Positions 31,848-41,638 of a DNA stretch of 64,000 nt are shown piece after piece. The position numbers were made by a program, and so were the translations under genes. Under the pieces are notes generated by a model, which saw only the letters and a list, made by a program, of their open reading frames with translations, had not been told where the DNA came from and did not search any database. The DNA is from Anaerolineae bacterium (GTDB taxonomy: Bacteria > Chloroflexota > Anaerolineae > UBA1429): positions 1,632,001 through 1,696,000 of the forward strand of contig OY776562.1 of NCBI GenBank assembly GCA_963675785.1, written 5' to 3'. Every line of letters begins with the position of its first letter. The first letter of the stretch is position 1.

Positions 31848-32039
31848 ATGAGCACGAACGATTACGAGTTCACCACCCTGACGCTTGCCTACCACAAAGA
31901 ACTATTAAGCAAAAGGCTACTGCGCAGGAACAGTGGCTGCAATCAAGTAAAACGAATCCTCCAGATACGTTGGGCACACTGGCATATTGCCGTGCCCTAC
32001 CCCACCATAAACCTCATGATGAGAAAAGTTGAGAGATAA
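31848..32039 (+). CDS. Possible small hypothetical protein leading the MFS cluster
   Basis: AAAGGA RBS before ATG 31848, stops 5 nt before MFS start; no recognisable motif. Confidence 0.3.
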   Translation: MSTNDYEFTTLTLAYHKELLSKRLLRRNSGCNQVKRILQIRWAHWHIAVPYPTINLMMRKVER

Positions 32040-32044
32040 GATAG

Positions 32045-33322
32045 ATGACTAACAATTGGAAGCGCATCTTCTTTCCCATCTGGATCGGGCAAGCTTTCTC
32101 GCTGTTGGGCAGCATGTTGGTGGATTTTGCCATCATCTGGTGGCTCACCGCTGATACTGGCTCTGCCACTGTGCTGGCCATCGCCACCCTCTGCGAAGTC
32201 ATGCCGCGGGTCATCATCGGCCCCTTTGCCGGCGCTTTGGTCGACCGGCTCAAGCGCAAGTGGGTGATGGTGGGAGCCGATGCCGCCATCGCCGCCACCA
32301 CACTGGTGTTCGCCTGGCTGTTCAGCCAGAACGCTATCACCATCTGGCATATCTATATCCTGTTGTTCATCCGAGCCACAGGCGGTCTTTTCCACGAGAA
32401 CGCCATGCAAAGCGCCACCAGCTTGATGGTGCCAGAGAGTCAACTCACCCGCGTCAGCGGCTTGAATATGACCTTGCGCGGTGCCATGCGCATCGCCTCG
32501 CCCATGTTGGGGGCCCTTCTCATCAGCTTGATATCTATGCAACAGGTACTGCTCATCGATGTGGGCACCGCCTTGATCGCTATCCTGCCCCTGCTGTTCG
32601 TCACAGTGCCCGAACCACAAAAAACAACTGCGCATCAGCAAACTGGCGCAGGGATTATTCAGGATGTGCGCGCCGGCCTCAAATACACCTTTAGCTGGAA
32701 GGGATTGGCCATCATCATGCTGGCCTCGACGGCCATCGATCTGCTGGCCATGCCGGCTCTCAATCTCATGCCCATTCTGGTGACGCAAAAACTGGGCGGC
32801 GCAGCCAGCGAGCTAGCCATAGTCGAATCGGCCTTTGGCCTGGGTTATCTGCTGGGTGGCGTACTATTGGGCGTATGGGGCGGCTTTAAGAAACGTATCA
32901 ACACCAGCTTGTTAGGATTGCTCTTGTCAGGCGCCGCCCTGTTGGCCATCTGGATCACTCCGGGCAGTGCCTTTGAGGTTACTGTAGGCCTCATTGCTGT
33001 GGTGGGTTTATCCCTGCCGATTGTCAACGGCCCCATGGGCGCGCTGATTCAAACCTATGTGCGACCCGAAATGCAAGGACGCGTCTTTACATTATCCGGC
33101 GCCATGTCCGGTATCGGCACGCCGCTCTCACTGCTCATTGCCGGCCCGGTGGCTGATGCCGTGGGTATCAACATCTGGTACCTCATCGGGGGTCTGGGCA
33201 TCATCGGCGTCGGCCTGATCATGGGCACACAAAAAGTCGTGCGCGAGATCGAATCCAGTGAACAGGCCAAGGACGCCCGACAGGCAATTTCTGTTGCAAG
33301 TAGCGCCAACATCACCGAATAA
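32045..33322 (+). CDS. MFS efflux transporter, DHA3/MefA-like, copy 1
   Basis: WIGQAFSLLGS, TGSATVL, GALVDR..RK motif A, P.MQGRVF. Confidence 0.92.
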   Translation: MTNNWKRIFFPIWIGQAFSLLGSMLVDFAIIWWLTADTGSATVLAIATLCEVMPRVIIGPFAGALVDRLKRKWVMVGADAAIAATTLVFAWLFSQNAITIWHIYILLFIRATGGLFHENAMQSATSLMVPESQLTRVSGLNMTLRGAMRIASPMLGALLISLISMQQVLLIDVGTALIAILPLLFVTVPEPQKTTAHQQTGAGIIQDVRAGLKYTFSWKGLAIIMLASTAIDLLAMPALNLMPILVTQKLGGAASELAIVESAFGLGYLLGGVLLGVWGGFKKRINTSLLGLLLSGAALLAIWITPGSAFEVTVGLIAVVGLSLPIVNGPMGALIQTYVRPEMQGRVFTLSGAMSGIGTPLSLLIAGPVADAVGINIWYLIGGLGIIGVGLIMGTQKVVREIESSEQAKDARQAISVASSANITE

Positions 33323-33335
33323 CACGATAGAAAGC

Positions 33336-34616
33336 ATGCAAATGAGCGACTCGCGTGATTGGAAGCGACAATTCTTTCCGATGTGGGTTGGCCAAGCATT
33401 TTCTATGCTGGGCAGCAACCTGGTAAGTTTCGCTCTGGTGTGGTGGCTTACCGATCAAACTGGCTCTGCCACCGTGCTTACCATCGGCACACTTATCGCC
33501 ATGATCCCCAATACAGTGCTAGGGCCCCTTACAGGAGCACTAGTTGATCGTTGGAACCGCAAGACCATCATGATCGTGTCTGATAGCATGACGGCGCTGT
33601 TCACTGTGGCGCTAGCGGCAATCTTTGCCTATGGACACGTGCAGGTGTGGCACATCTTTTTGCTGAACTTTTTAAGATCCTTGGGCGGAGCTCTTCAGTG
33701 GCCTGCCATGCGTAGTTCTACCAGTTTGATGGTACCTACCAAGCACCTTACGCGCATCAATGGTATCAATCAGGCACTACAAGGCATACTTCAAGTGGCT
33801 GCCCCACCGTTGGGAGCTCTATTGATAAGCATTCTCCCCATTCAACTAATACTGCTCATCGATGTTGTCTCGGCATTTTTCGCTGTTACACCTCTCTTTT
33901 TCATAAGGGTGCCACAACCAGAGAAAAAGCAAACCGCCAGGCCTACGACCCTCTACGCAGACATCAAAGAAGCTGCGCAGTATTTATATCACTGGAAGGG
34001 CATGATGGTCCTGATATTCAGTGCCGCAGCTCTCAACTTTCTTTTAGCACCAGCTTCTGCCTTGGTACCTCTGTTAGTTACAAGGCGTTTTGGTGGCAAA
34101 GCGCTAGAGCTTGCTTGGATGAATTCGGCTTATGGTATTGGCCTGATTAGTGGCGGCCTGCTTATGGGCGCCTGGGGAGGGTTCAAACATCGCGTAAAAA
34201 CCATCGTTTTAGGTGCAGCAGGCATGGGGGCAGGTATCTGTCTTTTAGCTGTAGCCCCAGGCGCCGCTCTTTGGATGGGATTTTTGGGAATGGGGCTATC
34301 GGGTTTTATGAACCCCGTTTGCAATAGCCCATTGACAGCTCTTATGCAAAGCTCTGTCGAGCCATCGATGCAAGGGCGTGTATTTACACTGGTTGGTAGT
34401 GTGGGCAATCTGGCCACACCACTCGCTATGATCATCTCTGGTCCAGTGGCAGATGCGGTCGGTATTGACATCTGGTATTGGATAGGCGGCCTGGGCACAT
34501 TGGCACTCACTGCTGTTCTGGCTGGTAACCGGCCTCTCATGCGCTTGGAGCAAGAGGCTCAAGAGCGACAAACTCTGTTGAATGACACGAACACGCCCGA
34601 AACAGCCAATCTGTAA
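33336..34616 (+). CDS. MFS efflux transporter, DHA3/MefA-like, copy 2
   Basis: Same motifs; start ATG 33336 or 33342. Confidence 0.92.
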   Translation: MQMSDSRDWKRQFFPMWVGQAFSMLGSNLVSFALVWWLTDQTGSATVLTIGTLIAMIPNTVLGPLTGALVDRWNRKTIMIVSDSMTALFTVALAAIFAYGHVQVWHIFLLNFLRSLGGALQWPAMRSSTSLMVPTKHLTRINGINQALQGILQVAAPPLGALLISILPIQLILLIDVVSAFFAVTPLFFIRVPQPEKKQTARPTTLYADIKEAAQYLYHWKGMMVLIFSAAALNFLLAPASALVPLLVTRRFGGKALELAWMNSAYGIGLISGGLLMGAWGGFKHRVKTIVLGAAGMGAGICLLAVAPGAALWMGFLGMGLSGFMNPVCNSPLTALMQSSVEPSMQGRVFTLVGSVGNLATPLAMIISGPVADAVGIDIWYWIGGLGTLALTAVLAGNRPLMRLEQEAQERQTLLNDTNTPETANL

Positions 34617-34729
34617 AGCAACCTGGCTACTCGCGATATGGTGCCATGGCTAACATCAGCCATTTTCCGGTGTGCTGTTAGCAACAATGAATCATCTAGC
34701 AATCCATTGTAAATAAGAAAGACAAGCGA

Positions 34730-36016
34730 ATGAACAACTCGAGTGATTGGAAGCGGCAATTCTTTCCCATGTGGATCGGACAAGCCTTTTCCATGCTGGG
34801 CAGTAACCTGGTAGGTTTTGCTTTGGTGTGGTGGCTTACCGAACAGACCGGCTCGGCCACCGTGCTCACTATTGGCTCTCTTATCGCCATGATCCCCGGC
34901 ACTCTGCTAGGACCCTTTACTGGTGCACTGGTCGATCGCTGGAATCGCAAGACAGTGATGATCGTATCTGACACTATGACGGCCCTGTTCACCGTAGCGC
35001 TAGCCGCGATCTTTGCCTATGGACAAGTACAAGTTTGGCATATCTTCTTGCTCAATTTTTTGCGGTCTTTGGGTGGCGCCTTCCAATGGCCGGCCATGCG
35101 CAGTTCCACCAGTTTGATGGTGCCTACTGAACATCTGACACGCGTCAACGGTATCAACCAGGCGCTGCAAGGCATACTACAAGTAGCCGCCCCACCGTTG
35201 GGCGCGCTGCTAATGACCGTTTTACCCATTTATCAAGTCCTACTCATCGACGTGGTTACAGCCATCTTTGCCGTCGCTCCCCTCTTCTTTATACGGGTGC
35301 CACAGCCAGAGAAAAAGAAAACCGCAATGCCCACAACACTCTGGGCCGATGTCAAAGAAGCTGCGCAATATATGTACCACTGGAAAGGCATGATGATCCT
35401 GGCTTTGAGTGCTACAGCCATCAATTTCTTGCTGTCACCGGCTTTTACGCTACTTCCCCTATTAGTCACCACTCGCTTTGGTGGCGAAGCGTTGGAATTG
35501 GCCTGGATGAATTCGGCTTTTGGTGCGGGCTTGATCGCAGGCGGCCTGCTCATGGGGGCCTGGGGTGGATTCAAACATCGTGTAAAGACCATCGTTTTAG
35601 GAGCCGCCGGCATGGGGGCAGGCGTCTGCCTTTTAGCTGTTGCCCCAGGCGCTGCCCTTTGGGTAGGGCTCATGGGAATGGTGTTAGCAGGTGTGATGAA
35701 TCCTATTTGCAACAGTCCGATCACGGCCATCATGCAAAGCTCAGTTGAGCCATCAATGCAAGGACGTGTGTTCATGCTGCTAGGTAGCCTTGCCGGTCTG
35801 GCCACGCCCTTAGCCATGATTATCTCTGGCCCGGTGGCTGACGCGGTTGGTGTAGGCATCTGGTATTGGATAGGTGGCCTGGGCACACTGGCTATTACCT
35901 TTTTCATGGCGTTCAACCGTCCTCTCATGCACTTGGAGCAAGAGGCTCAGGATCGACAAAACCAGTTGAATGGCGCAAGCGTTCCAGCAGAGAGCGTCGA
36001 AACCGTTAGCCTGTAG
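34730..36016 (+). CDS. MFS efflux transporter, DHA3/MefA-like, copy 3
   Basis: Very similar to copy 2 over the full length. Confidence 0.92.
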   Translation: MNNSSDWKRQFFPMWIGQAFSMLGSNLVGFALVWWLTEQTGSATVLTIGSLIAMIPGTLLGPFTGALVDRWNRKTVMIVSDTMTALFTVALAAIFAYGQVQVWHIFLLNFLRSLGGAFQWPAMRSSTSLMVPTEHLTRVNGINQALQGILQVAAPPLGALLMTVLPIYQVLLIDVVTAIFAVAPLFFIRVPQPEKKKTAMPTTLWADVKEAAQYMYHWKGMMILALSATAINFLLSPAFTLLPLLVTTRFGGEALELAWMNSAFGAGLIAGGLLMGAWGGFKHRVKTIVLGAAGMGAGVCLLAVAPGAALWVGLMGMVLAGVMNPICNSPITAIMQSSVEPSMQGRVFMLLGSLAGLATPLAMIISGPVADAVGVGIWYWIGGLGTLAITFFMAFNRPLMHLEQEAQDRQNQLNGASVPAESVETVSL

Positions 36017-36031
36017 CCGGACAAGCGGTAC

Positions 36032-36066
36032 AAAAAAGCGGGGCGATCTAAACGATCGTCCCGCTT
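36032..36066 (-). terminator. Terminator between convergent MFS and sulfatase genes
   Basis: AAAAAAGCGGGGCGATC-taaac-GATCGTCCCGCTT. Confidence 0.7.
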
Positions 36067-36074
36067 ACTTACTA

Positions 36075-37601
36075 CTAGGCTCCAGCGATGCGGGGCATAC
36101 GGGTAGGTTCACGGCGCAGTTCAGCTTGCAGGAAAGCGAACATCAGCTGACTCTTGACCTCGGCATAGTCGGGATCAGCCCAGCGATTGTGCAACTCGTG
36201 GGGGTCTTCCTGTAGATCGAACAGCTCGCCATAGGCATGATCGCGATAAAGGGTGAGCTTGAAGCGGTCGTTCACATAGGTGCGCAGGTGCACCAGCGTG
36301 GGCTCGTGGCGGTTCTCGATAACCACATCATGGCGGATGGGCTCGCCACTCTCCCAGGTATCCACCTGGCTGAGGCCCTGCATATAGCCAGGTACCTCAA
36401 TACCAGCCGCCTGCAAAAAGGTGGGGCAATAGTCGATCTGGCTCTGCATCGCGTTGCTGACCGTGCCCGCAGGGATGTGACCGGGCCAGCGTGCGGCCAT
36501 AGGAATGCGCACCATATCCTCATAATGGAAGGCGCCCTTGGCCACCAGGCCATGCTGCCCCAGAAAATGGCCGTGATCGGTGCTAAACACCACCAGGGTG
36601 TTATCGGCGATGCCCAGGCGATCTAGAGCGTCGAGGATGCGACCGATGCGGTCGTCCATGAGACTGATCATGCCGTAATAGACAGCCATCGACTCACGCA
36701 GTTCGGCCTCGCCCATACAATGCGAGTGAAAGCCGTGGGGGCCATAGGTCTCATGATACATGCTGAAATCAGGATGCTCTTCTTGCGTCTTGGCAAAATG
36801 AGGCGGCATATCGTCCAGCTCGCCGGGCTCTAGCCGACCAGGTTGCATGTCCTCCATATCGTACATGGAAGCCCAGGGCTCTGAGACAATATAGGGCGGA
36901 TGGGGATCCTGAAAGGACGACCACAGGAAAAAGGGCTTGTCGGCCTCAACCGAACGCTCTATGGCGGCAATGCTGCGTTCGGCCGTCCAGGTGGAATAAT
37001 GCTGCTCTTCAGGCAGATTCCAATGTTTTTCGCCGCCGCGCCAATACATGCCGGTGCCGTCTACCTTGCGCGGCCAGGGCTGGAAATAGTCCTTCCAATC
37101 AGGCAGGCCCTGCTCTTCCAGCCAGATGCCGTAATGCTGACCGGCGTGAGACTCATCACCGTGGTTACGGGCGATCTCGACATGCTGAAAGCCGTACCAG
37201 GGGCCGTGAAAGCCGCGCCAAAAGCCAAGATCGCGCATGACCGGCTGGCATTCCAGCGACAGGCTGCCTGGCTGAGAGCTGAGCGGCTGAAAATGGGCCT
37301 TGCCGATGAGGGTGGTGTCATAGCCGTGAGCATTGAATATGTCGCCCACAAAAGGTACGTCCTCCGGCAGTTTGACCCCGATGGTCCAACAGTTATGCCA
37401 GGCGGGGTACAGGCCGGTGATAATGGTGGAACGCGAGGGCGAACAGACCGGATTGACGCAATAAGCGCGATCAAAACGGACGCCCTCGTTGCTGATGCGG
37501 TCAATATTGGGCGTTTGAATGCGCGGATTGACGCTGCCCAGGGTATTCCAATGCTGCTGGTCCGAGGTGATGAGCAGAATATTGGGTCGATCAGACGGCA
37601 T
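36075..37601 (-). CDS. Cys-type sulfatase-like hydrolase (alkaline phosphatase superfamily)
   Basis: PNILLITSDQ, CSPSR formylglycine motif, GKAH, DPHPP, TDHG, ELFDL..DP.E. Confidence 0.94.
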   Translation of the reverse strand: MPSDRPNILLITSDQQHWNTLGSVNPRIQTPNIDRISNEGVRFDRAYCVNPVCSPSRSTIITGLYPAWHNCWTIGVKLPEDVPFVGDIFNAHGYDTTLIGKAHFQPLSSQPGSLSLECQPVMRDLGFWRGFHGPWYGFQHVEIARNHGDESHAGQHYGIWLEEQGLPDWKDYFQPWPRKVDGTGMYWRGGEKHWNLPEEQHYSTWTAERSIAAIERSVEADKPFFLWSSFQDPHPPYIVSEPWASMYDMEDMQPGRLEPGELDDMPPHFAKTQEEHPDFSMYHETYGPHGFHSHCMGEAELRESMAVYYGMISLMDDRIGRILDALDRLGIADNTLVVFSTDHGHFLGQHGLVAKGAFHYEDMVRIPMAARWPGHIPAGTVSNAMQSQIDYCPTFLQAAGIEVPGYMQGLSQVDTWESGEPIRHDVVIENRHEPTLVHLRTYVNDRFKLTLYRDHAYGELFDLQEDPHELHNRWADPDYAEVKSQLMFAFLQAELRREPTRMPRIAGA

Positions 37602-38820
37602 GTGCCGCTCCTTTCGCGCCGCGGAGGCCGAGCAGCCCCACACAAAGGGCAGCCAGCGCCCAAAAGGCAAAGACGGCGGGCCAGCCCAGAGTAGACTGCA
37701 ACATACCTACAATAATGGCACTGAGACCACCGCCCACATATGAAATAAAATCAAAGGTGCCAGCAGCAGCCGAGGTGTTGCCCTGTCCGCTAAGGCTGAG
37801 GGGCACCGAGGTCACCAACATGGCATTCACGCCGTGGGCGCCCAAGGCCATGAGCGCCAGCAGAGCAAAGGTAGCGACGATGGGCAATCCGGCGGGCAAA
37901 GCATACAACAGAACAGAGCCGATGACCACCAACCCCGCGCCGATAGCCGTGGTACGACCCTCGCCATAGCGGGTGGTGAGGATGCCGCCCAGGGCGGCGC
38001 CGGCGGCGCCAGCCAGAGGAATCACTGTGCCCGAAAGCGCGGCGGTGGTGATGTCCAGGCCCTTGACCTGCACCAAAAAGGTGGGCCCCCACAGGTTCAT
38101 GCCCTCTTTGATCATGCCGCTGGCCGCACTAGCCAACAGCGCCCAACGGAGTGAAGGTTGGCGCAGGATATTCCCTATACTAGCCGTGAGTCCGCTGAGA
38201 TGCAGGCGCTGGCGAAGCGGCACATGAACCGTAGTTGGAGCATCGGGCGGATTATCACGGATCAGTAGGAACCAGGACAGCGAGAGCACCAAGAGAACCG
38301 CAGAGGGGCCGAAAAAGGCAGAACGCCAGCTATGGTGGGCCACCAGCAGCCCCGCCGCGGCCCAGGCCAGGGCCTGCCCCACTACATAGCAGGGCGAAAA
38401 GATAGCCGTGATGCGGCCACGTTCCTCAGGAGGAAACCAACGCGAAAGCAAGCCCACCATGGGGCCCCAAGCGCTGGACTGAGCCAGGCCGTTGAGAGCC
38501 CAGATGAACAACATCAACGGGAACCAGAAGGTCAGGCCGAAAAGCAGGTTGAGCAGCGCCGAGGCAGCGATGCCCAAAGCCACAAAACGCTGGGCCGAAA
38601 GACGGTCGCCGAGGTAGCCATTGACCACCTGGCCACCGGCGTACACCCAGTAATAGGCGGTGCCCAACAAACCAGCCAGGGCTGCGCTCCAGCCCATGTC
38701 ATCCTGCAAAAGAGGTAGAGCCACAGAGATGTTGACACGCCCCATATAGAGGAGAGAGTAGGTAATCCAGCAGATTGCCAGAATGCGCCACTTGTTCCTG
38801 GCCGCGAAAGCTTTAGGCAT
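37591..38820 (-). CDS. MFS transporter, OPA (GlpT/UhpT-like) family
   Basis: Y..LY.GR.N, G.LGDR, NGLAQS..W, RWF...ERG. Confidence 0.88.
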   Translation of the reverse strand: MPKAFAARNKWRILAICWITYSLLYMGRVNISVALPLLQDDMGWSAALAGLLGTAYYWVYAGGQVVNGYLGDRLSAQRFVALGIAASALLNLLFGLTFWFPLMLFIWALNGLAQSSAWGPMVGLLSRWFPPEERGRITAIFSPCYVVGQALAWAAAGLLVAHHSWRSAFFGPSAVLLVLSLSWFLLIRDNPPDAPTTVHVPLRQRLHLSGLTASIGNILRQPSLRWALLASAASGMIKEGMNLWGPTFLVQVKGLDITTAALSGTVIPLAGAAGAALGGILTTRYGEGRTTAIGAGLVVIGSVLLYALPAGLPIVATFALLALMALGAHGVNAMLVTSVPLSLSGQGNTSAAAGTFDFISYVGGGLSAIIVGMLQSTLGWPAVFAFWALAALCVGLLGLRGAKGAAHAV

Positions 38821-39607
38821 GGGCCGAGATCAACTCCTCGTAAGGCCAGCCCACGGCCAGGCTGCGGCGCAGACTGTCGATGAGGTGATAGCCAAAGGGG
38901 CCAAGTTCGGTGCGAATTTCGTCGTTGGTGAGACCCTGGGCTATAGCTGCACGAATGGCCGGCAGGTTGCGCTCCAGATCATCATTTTGAACACGTAGGC
39001 GAGCAACATCGGCCCAACGGGTGAACTCTCCAGCGCGAACGACCTCGGCTAGGTCGTGCTCGGTGCGCACAGTATCGGGCACATCGAGTGCATAGAGGCC
39101 CACATGATGAACGATGTGCGCGTCAGAGGCAGCCGTCATGGGCAGGCCAAATTTTTCCGCCAGAGCCACCGCTTTGGGGTGGGCGTGGCGAATGACATTG
39201 TTGGAGTAGACCTCGATAGCGTCCACTGGCGTATTCTGCAGCGTTTGCAGGGGCACCTTGGGGCCATAGCGATAGGGGTGGGCCAGGATGGCCACGCCAC
39301 CCCGCCCCTGTATGGTGGTGATGATCTCGCCAGCCGGACGGGGTTCGCCCAATGGCTCAAAATCATCCACACCAAAAGTGACATAGTGATCGCCCACGTC
39401 GGCGGTAAACTCGGCGCCGCGCAAGATGAGGAATTCAGGGTAGCGTGTGCGCAGCTCATCCAGCTCGGTCACAGGCCAGGGAATATTGTGTTCGGTGATC
39501 ACCAGGCCATCTAGCCCATAGCTAATGGCTGCTTTGATCATATCGTCCGGGTCGGATTTACCGCACTCGGAATAACGCGTGGTATGTACATGTATATCAA
39601 TGAGCAT
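38813..39607 (-). CDS. PHP-domain metallophosphoesterase
   Basis: IDIHVHT, ITEHN, GAE, AHP, IEVY, SDAH. Confidence 0.9.
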   Translation of the reverse strand: MLIDIHVHTTRYSECGKSDPDDMIKAAISYGLDGLVITEHNIPWPVTELDELRTRYPEFLILRGAEFTADVGDHYVTFGVDDFEPLGEPRPAGEIITTIQGRGGVAILAHPYRYGPKVPLQTLQNTPVDAIEVYSNNVIRHAHPKAVALAEKFGLPMTAASDAHIVHHVGLYALDVPDTVRTEHDLAEVVRAGEFTRWADVARLRVQNDDLERNLPAIRAAIAQGLTNDEIRTELGPFGYHLIDSLRRSLAVGWPYEELISAHA

Positions 39608-39786
39608 CGCGAATACAGGCTCCTTGCAATAGTAGCATCCTGCCGCTCAAACGGCATGTCGTGCAGGCACAACAGCCCCCATAGTAATCAGTTCAAGCAG
39701 CCAGGTCAATGTATCAAAATCGAGCAAAAGCTTGACGAAGCCGACAGTGCGTTCTACTCTAGGGCAATTATTAGGAGGTGAACTAG

Positions 39787-40986
39787 ATGATCGAAAAAAT
39801 CAATCCCCAAGCTGTAGGGTTTTCTGCGCAGCGGCTGAGCCGTTTGGACACCGTGATGCACCGCTATGTGGACGAGAACAAGTTGGCGGGCGCCATGACT
39901 GTGGTAGCGCGCAAGGGCCGCATCGCCCATTGGGATACCTATGGCATGGCCGACTTGGAAGCGGGTTTGCCACTGCAGCAAGACACCATTTTCCGCATCT
40001 ACTCTATGAGCAAAGCCCTGACTACCACAGCCTTGTTGACCCTGCTGGAAGAGGGGCGCCTGCTGCTCAACGATCCCGTCTCACGTTACATCCCGGGATT
40101 CAACCAGATGAAAGTGGTGTCCGGCGGCACACCCGAGGCCCCCAAGCTGGTCGAGCAGGAACGTGAAGCAACCATCGCCAACCTACTAACCCACACCTCG
40201 GGGCTGCTGTACGGCCGAACCGGTAAGGATGCGGCCTCCAAGCTGCAATACGAGGCCATCAACAAGCTGTACATGGAAAAGAAGCAATTCACGCTGTCCA
40301 ATTGGATGGATGCCGTGCTGACCACGCCGCTGGCCTTCCAGCCAGGCACGGCCTTTGCCTATGGTACTTCTATCGACGTGGTGGGCCGCATCATCGAGGT
40401 CGTCTCGGGCAAAACGCTGGACGTATTCATGCAAGAGCGCGTCTTTGAGCCGCTGGGTATGGTGGATACCGCCTTTAGCGTGCCTGAGGACAAGGTAGCG
40501 CGCTTTGCCGCCAACTATAGCCCGCGGCAAGAGGGCGAAGGGCTGATCTGCATCGATCACCCCAAAGAGAGCCACTTTCGCGAACCGGTGAGCTTTTTCG
40601 AGGGCGGCGGCGGACTGGTCTCCACAGCCATGGACTATTTGCGGTTCTGCCAGGCCATCCTCAACGGCGGCGAACTCGAGGGCCAGCGCGTGCTGGGCTC
40701 GCGCACAGTAGAGCTAATGGAAAGCAACCACATGCCCGAGGGCCTTTGGGGAGATAATCGCCCCGGCATGGGCTGGGGGCTGAGTTGGTCCATCTATATG
40801 GACCCCGGCCGGCTGCACGAGCTGGTTTCGCCGGGCACCTGCCGCTGGGGCGGCGCGGCCAGCACCGAGTTCTGGATCGATCCGCGCGAAGAGGTCATCG
40901 GCTTGGTGATGACCCAATTGATGCCTTCAGGCACCTACCCCCTGCTGCAGCAGGCTATGACCACGGTGTACCAGGCGCTAGAATAG
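39787..40986 (+). CDS. Serine hydrolase, beta-lactamase/family VIII esterase-like
   Basis: FRIYSMSK (SxxK), LLTHTSG, L.FQPG..F.Y, GGGGLVSTA.DY.RF, WGGAA.T.FWIDP. Confidence 0.92.
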   Translation: MIEKINPQAVGFSAQRLSRLDTVMHRYVDENKLAGAMTVVARKGRIAHWDTYGMADLEAGLPLQQDTIFRIYSMSKALTTTALLTLLEEGRLLLNDPVSRYIPGFNQMKVVSGGTPEAPKLVEQEREATIANLLTHTSGLLYGRTGKDAASKLQYEAINKLYMEKKQFTLSNWMDAVLTTPLAFQPGTAFAYGTSIDVVGRIIEVVSGKTLDVFMQERVFEPLGMVDTAFSVPEDKVARFAANYSPRQEGEGLICIDHPKESHFREPVSFFEGGGGLVSTAMDYLRFCQAILNGGELEGQRVLGSRTVELMESNHMPEGLWGDNRPGMGWGLSWSIYMDPGRLHELVSPGTCRWGGAASTEFWIDPREEVIGLVMTQLMPSGTYPLLQQAMTTVYQALE

Positions 40987-40988
40987 AC

Positions 40989-41025
40989 AACAAGCCCGGG
41001 ACACACGCTCCGGGCTTGTTCTTTT
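40989..41025 (+). terminator. Terminator hairpin, related in sequence to the hairpin at 45059-45082
   Basis: AACAAGCCCGG-gacacacgct-CCGGGCTTGTTCTTTT. Confidence 0.75.
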
Positions 41026-41034
41026 GGAGAATTG

Positions 41035-41574
41035 ATGAAACTATTGCACCCCATCGAGACTGAACGGCTGATCATCCGCCGCTTTGTGCCCGAAGATTGG
41101 CAGGACCTATACGCGTATCTCTCGGATGAGCGCGTGGTGCGCTATGAGCGCTATGGTCCCTTTAGCCGTGAGGCCGCCCAACGAGAGGCCGCCCGTCGGG
41201 CCGAAAGCGACGAATTCCTGGCCGTGTGCCTCAAAGAGTCGGGTAAGCTGATCGGCAACCTTTACCTGGGCGTGCGCGAATACGAGACGCTGGAGCTGGG
41301 GTATGTGTTCAACGCCGCCTATTGGCATCAGGGATATGCCACTGAGAGCGCCAGGGCCGCCATGGATTATGCTTTTACCACCGGCGCCGCTCGGCGCATT
41401 GTGGCCATGTGTAATCCCGAGAACGCCGCCTCATGGCACTTGATGGAACGGCTGCACATGCGCCGCGAGGGCCATTTGCGGCAGAATATCTATTTCGAGG
41501 TGGACGAGAACCAGCAGCCCATTTGGATCGATACGTTCATCTATGCGGTGTTGGCTTCAGAGTGGGGGAAGTGA
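41035..41574 (+). CDS. GNAT acetyltransferase, RimJ/RimL family
   Basis: IETERL.IR, ELGY...WHQGYATE, N.AS..LMERL.MRREG. Confidence 0.92.
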   Translation: MKLLHPIETERLIIRRFVPEDWQDLYAYLSDERVVRYERYGPFSREAAQREAARRAESDEFLAVCLKESGKLIGNLYLGVREYETLELGYVFNAAYWHQGYATESARAAMDYAFTTGAARRIVAMCNPENAASWHLMERLHMRREGHLRQNIYFEVDENQQPIWIDTFIYAVLASEWGK

Positions 41575-41638
41575 AAGAAAGAGAATAAAAAGAACAAATG
41601 ACTTGGGGAGACAGCGCCATCAAACCACAAGCAATGGC

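Noticed and set aside
39787-40986. True class C beta-lactamase resistance gene
   Set aside because: No signal peptide, and WGG replaces KTG, typical of family VIII esterases.
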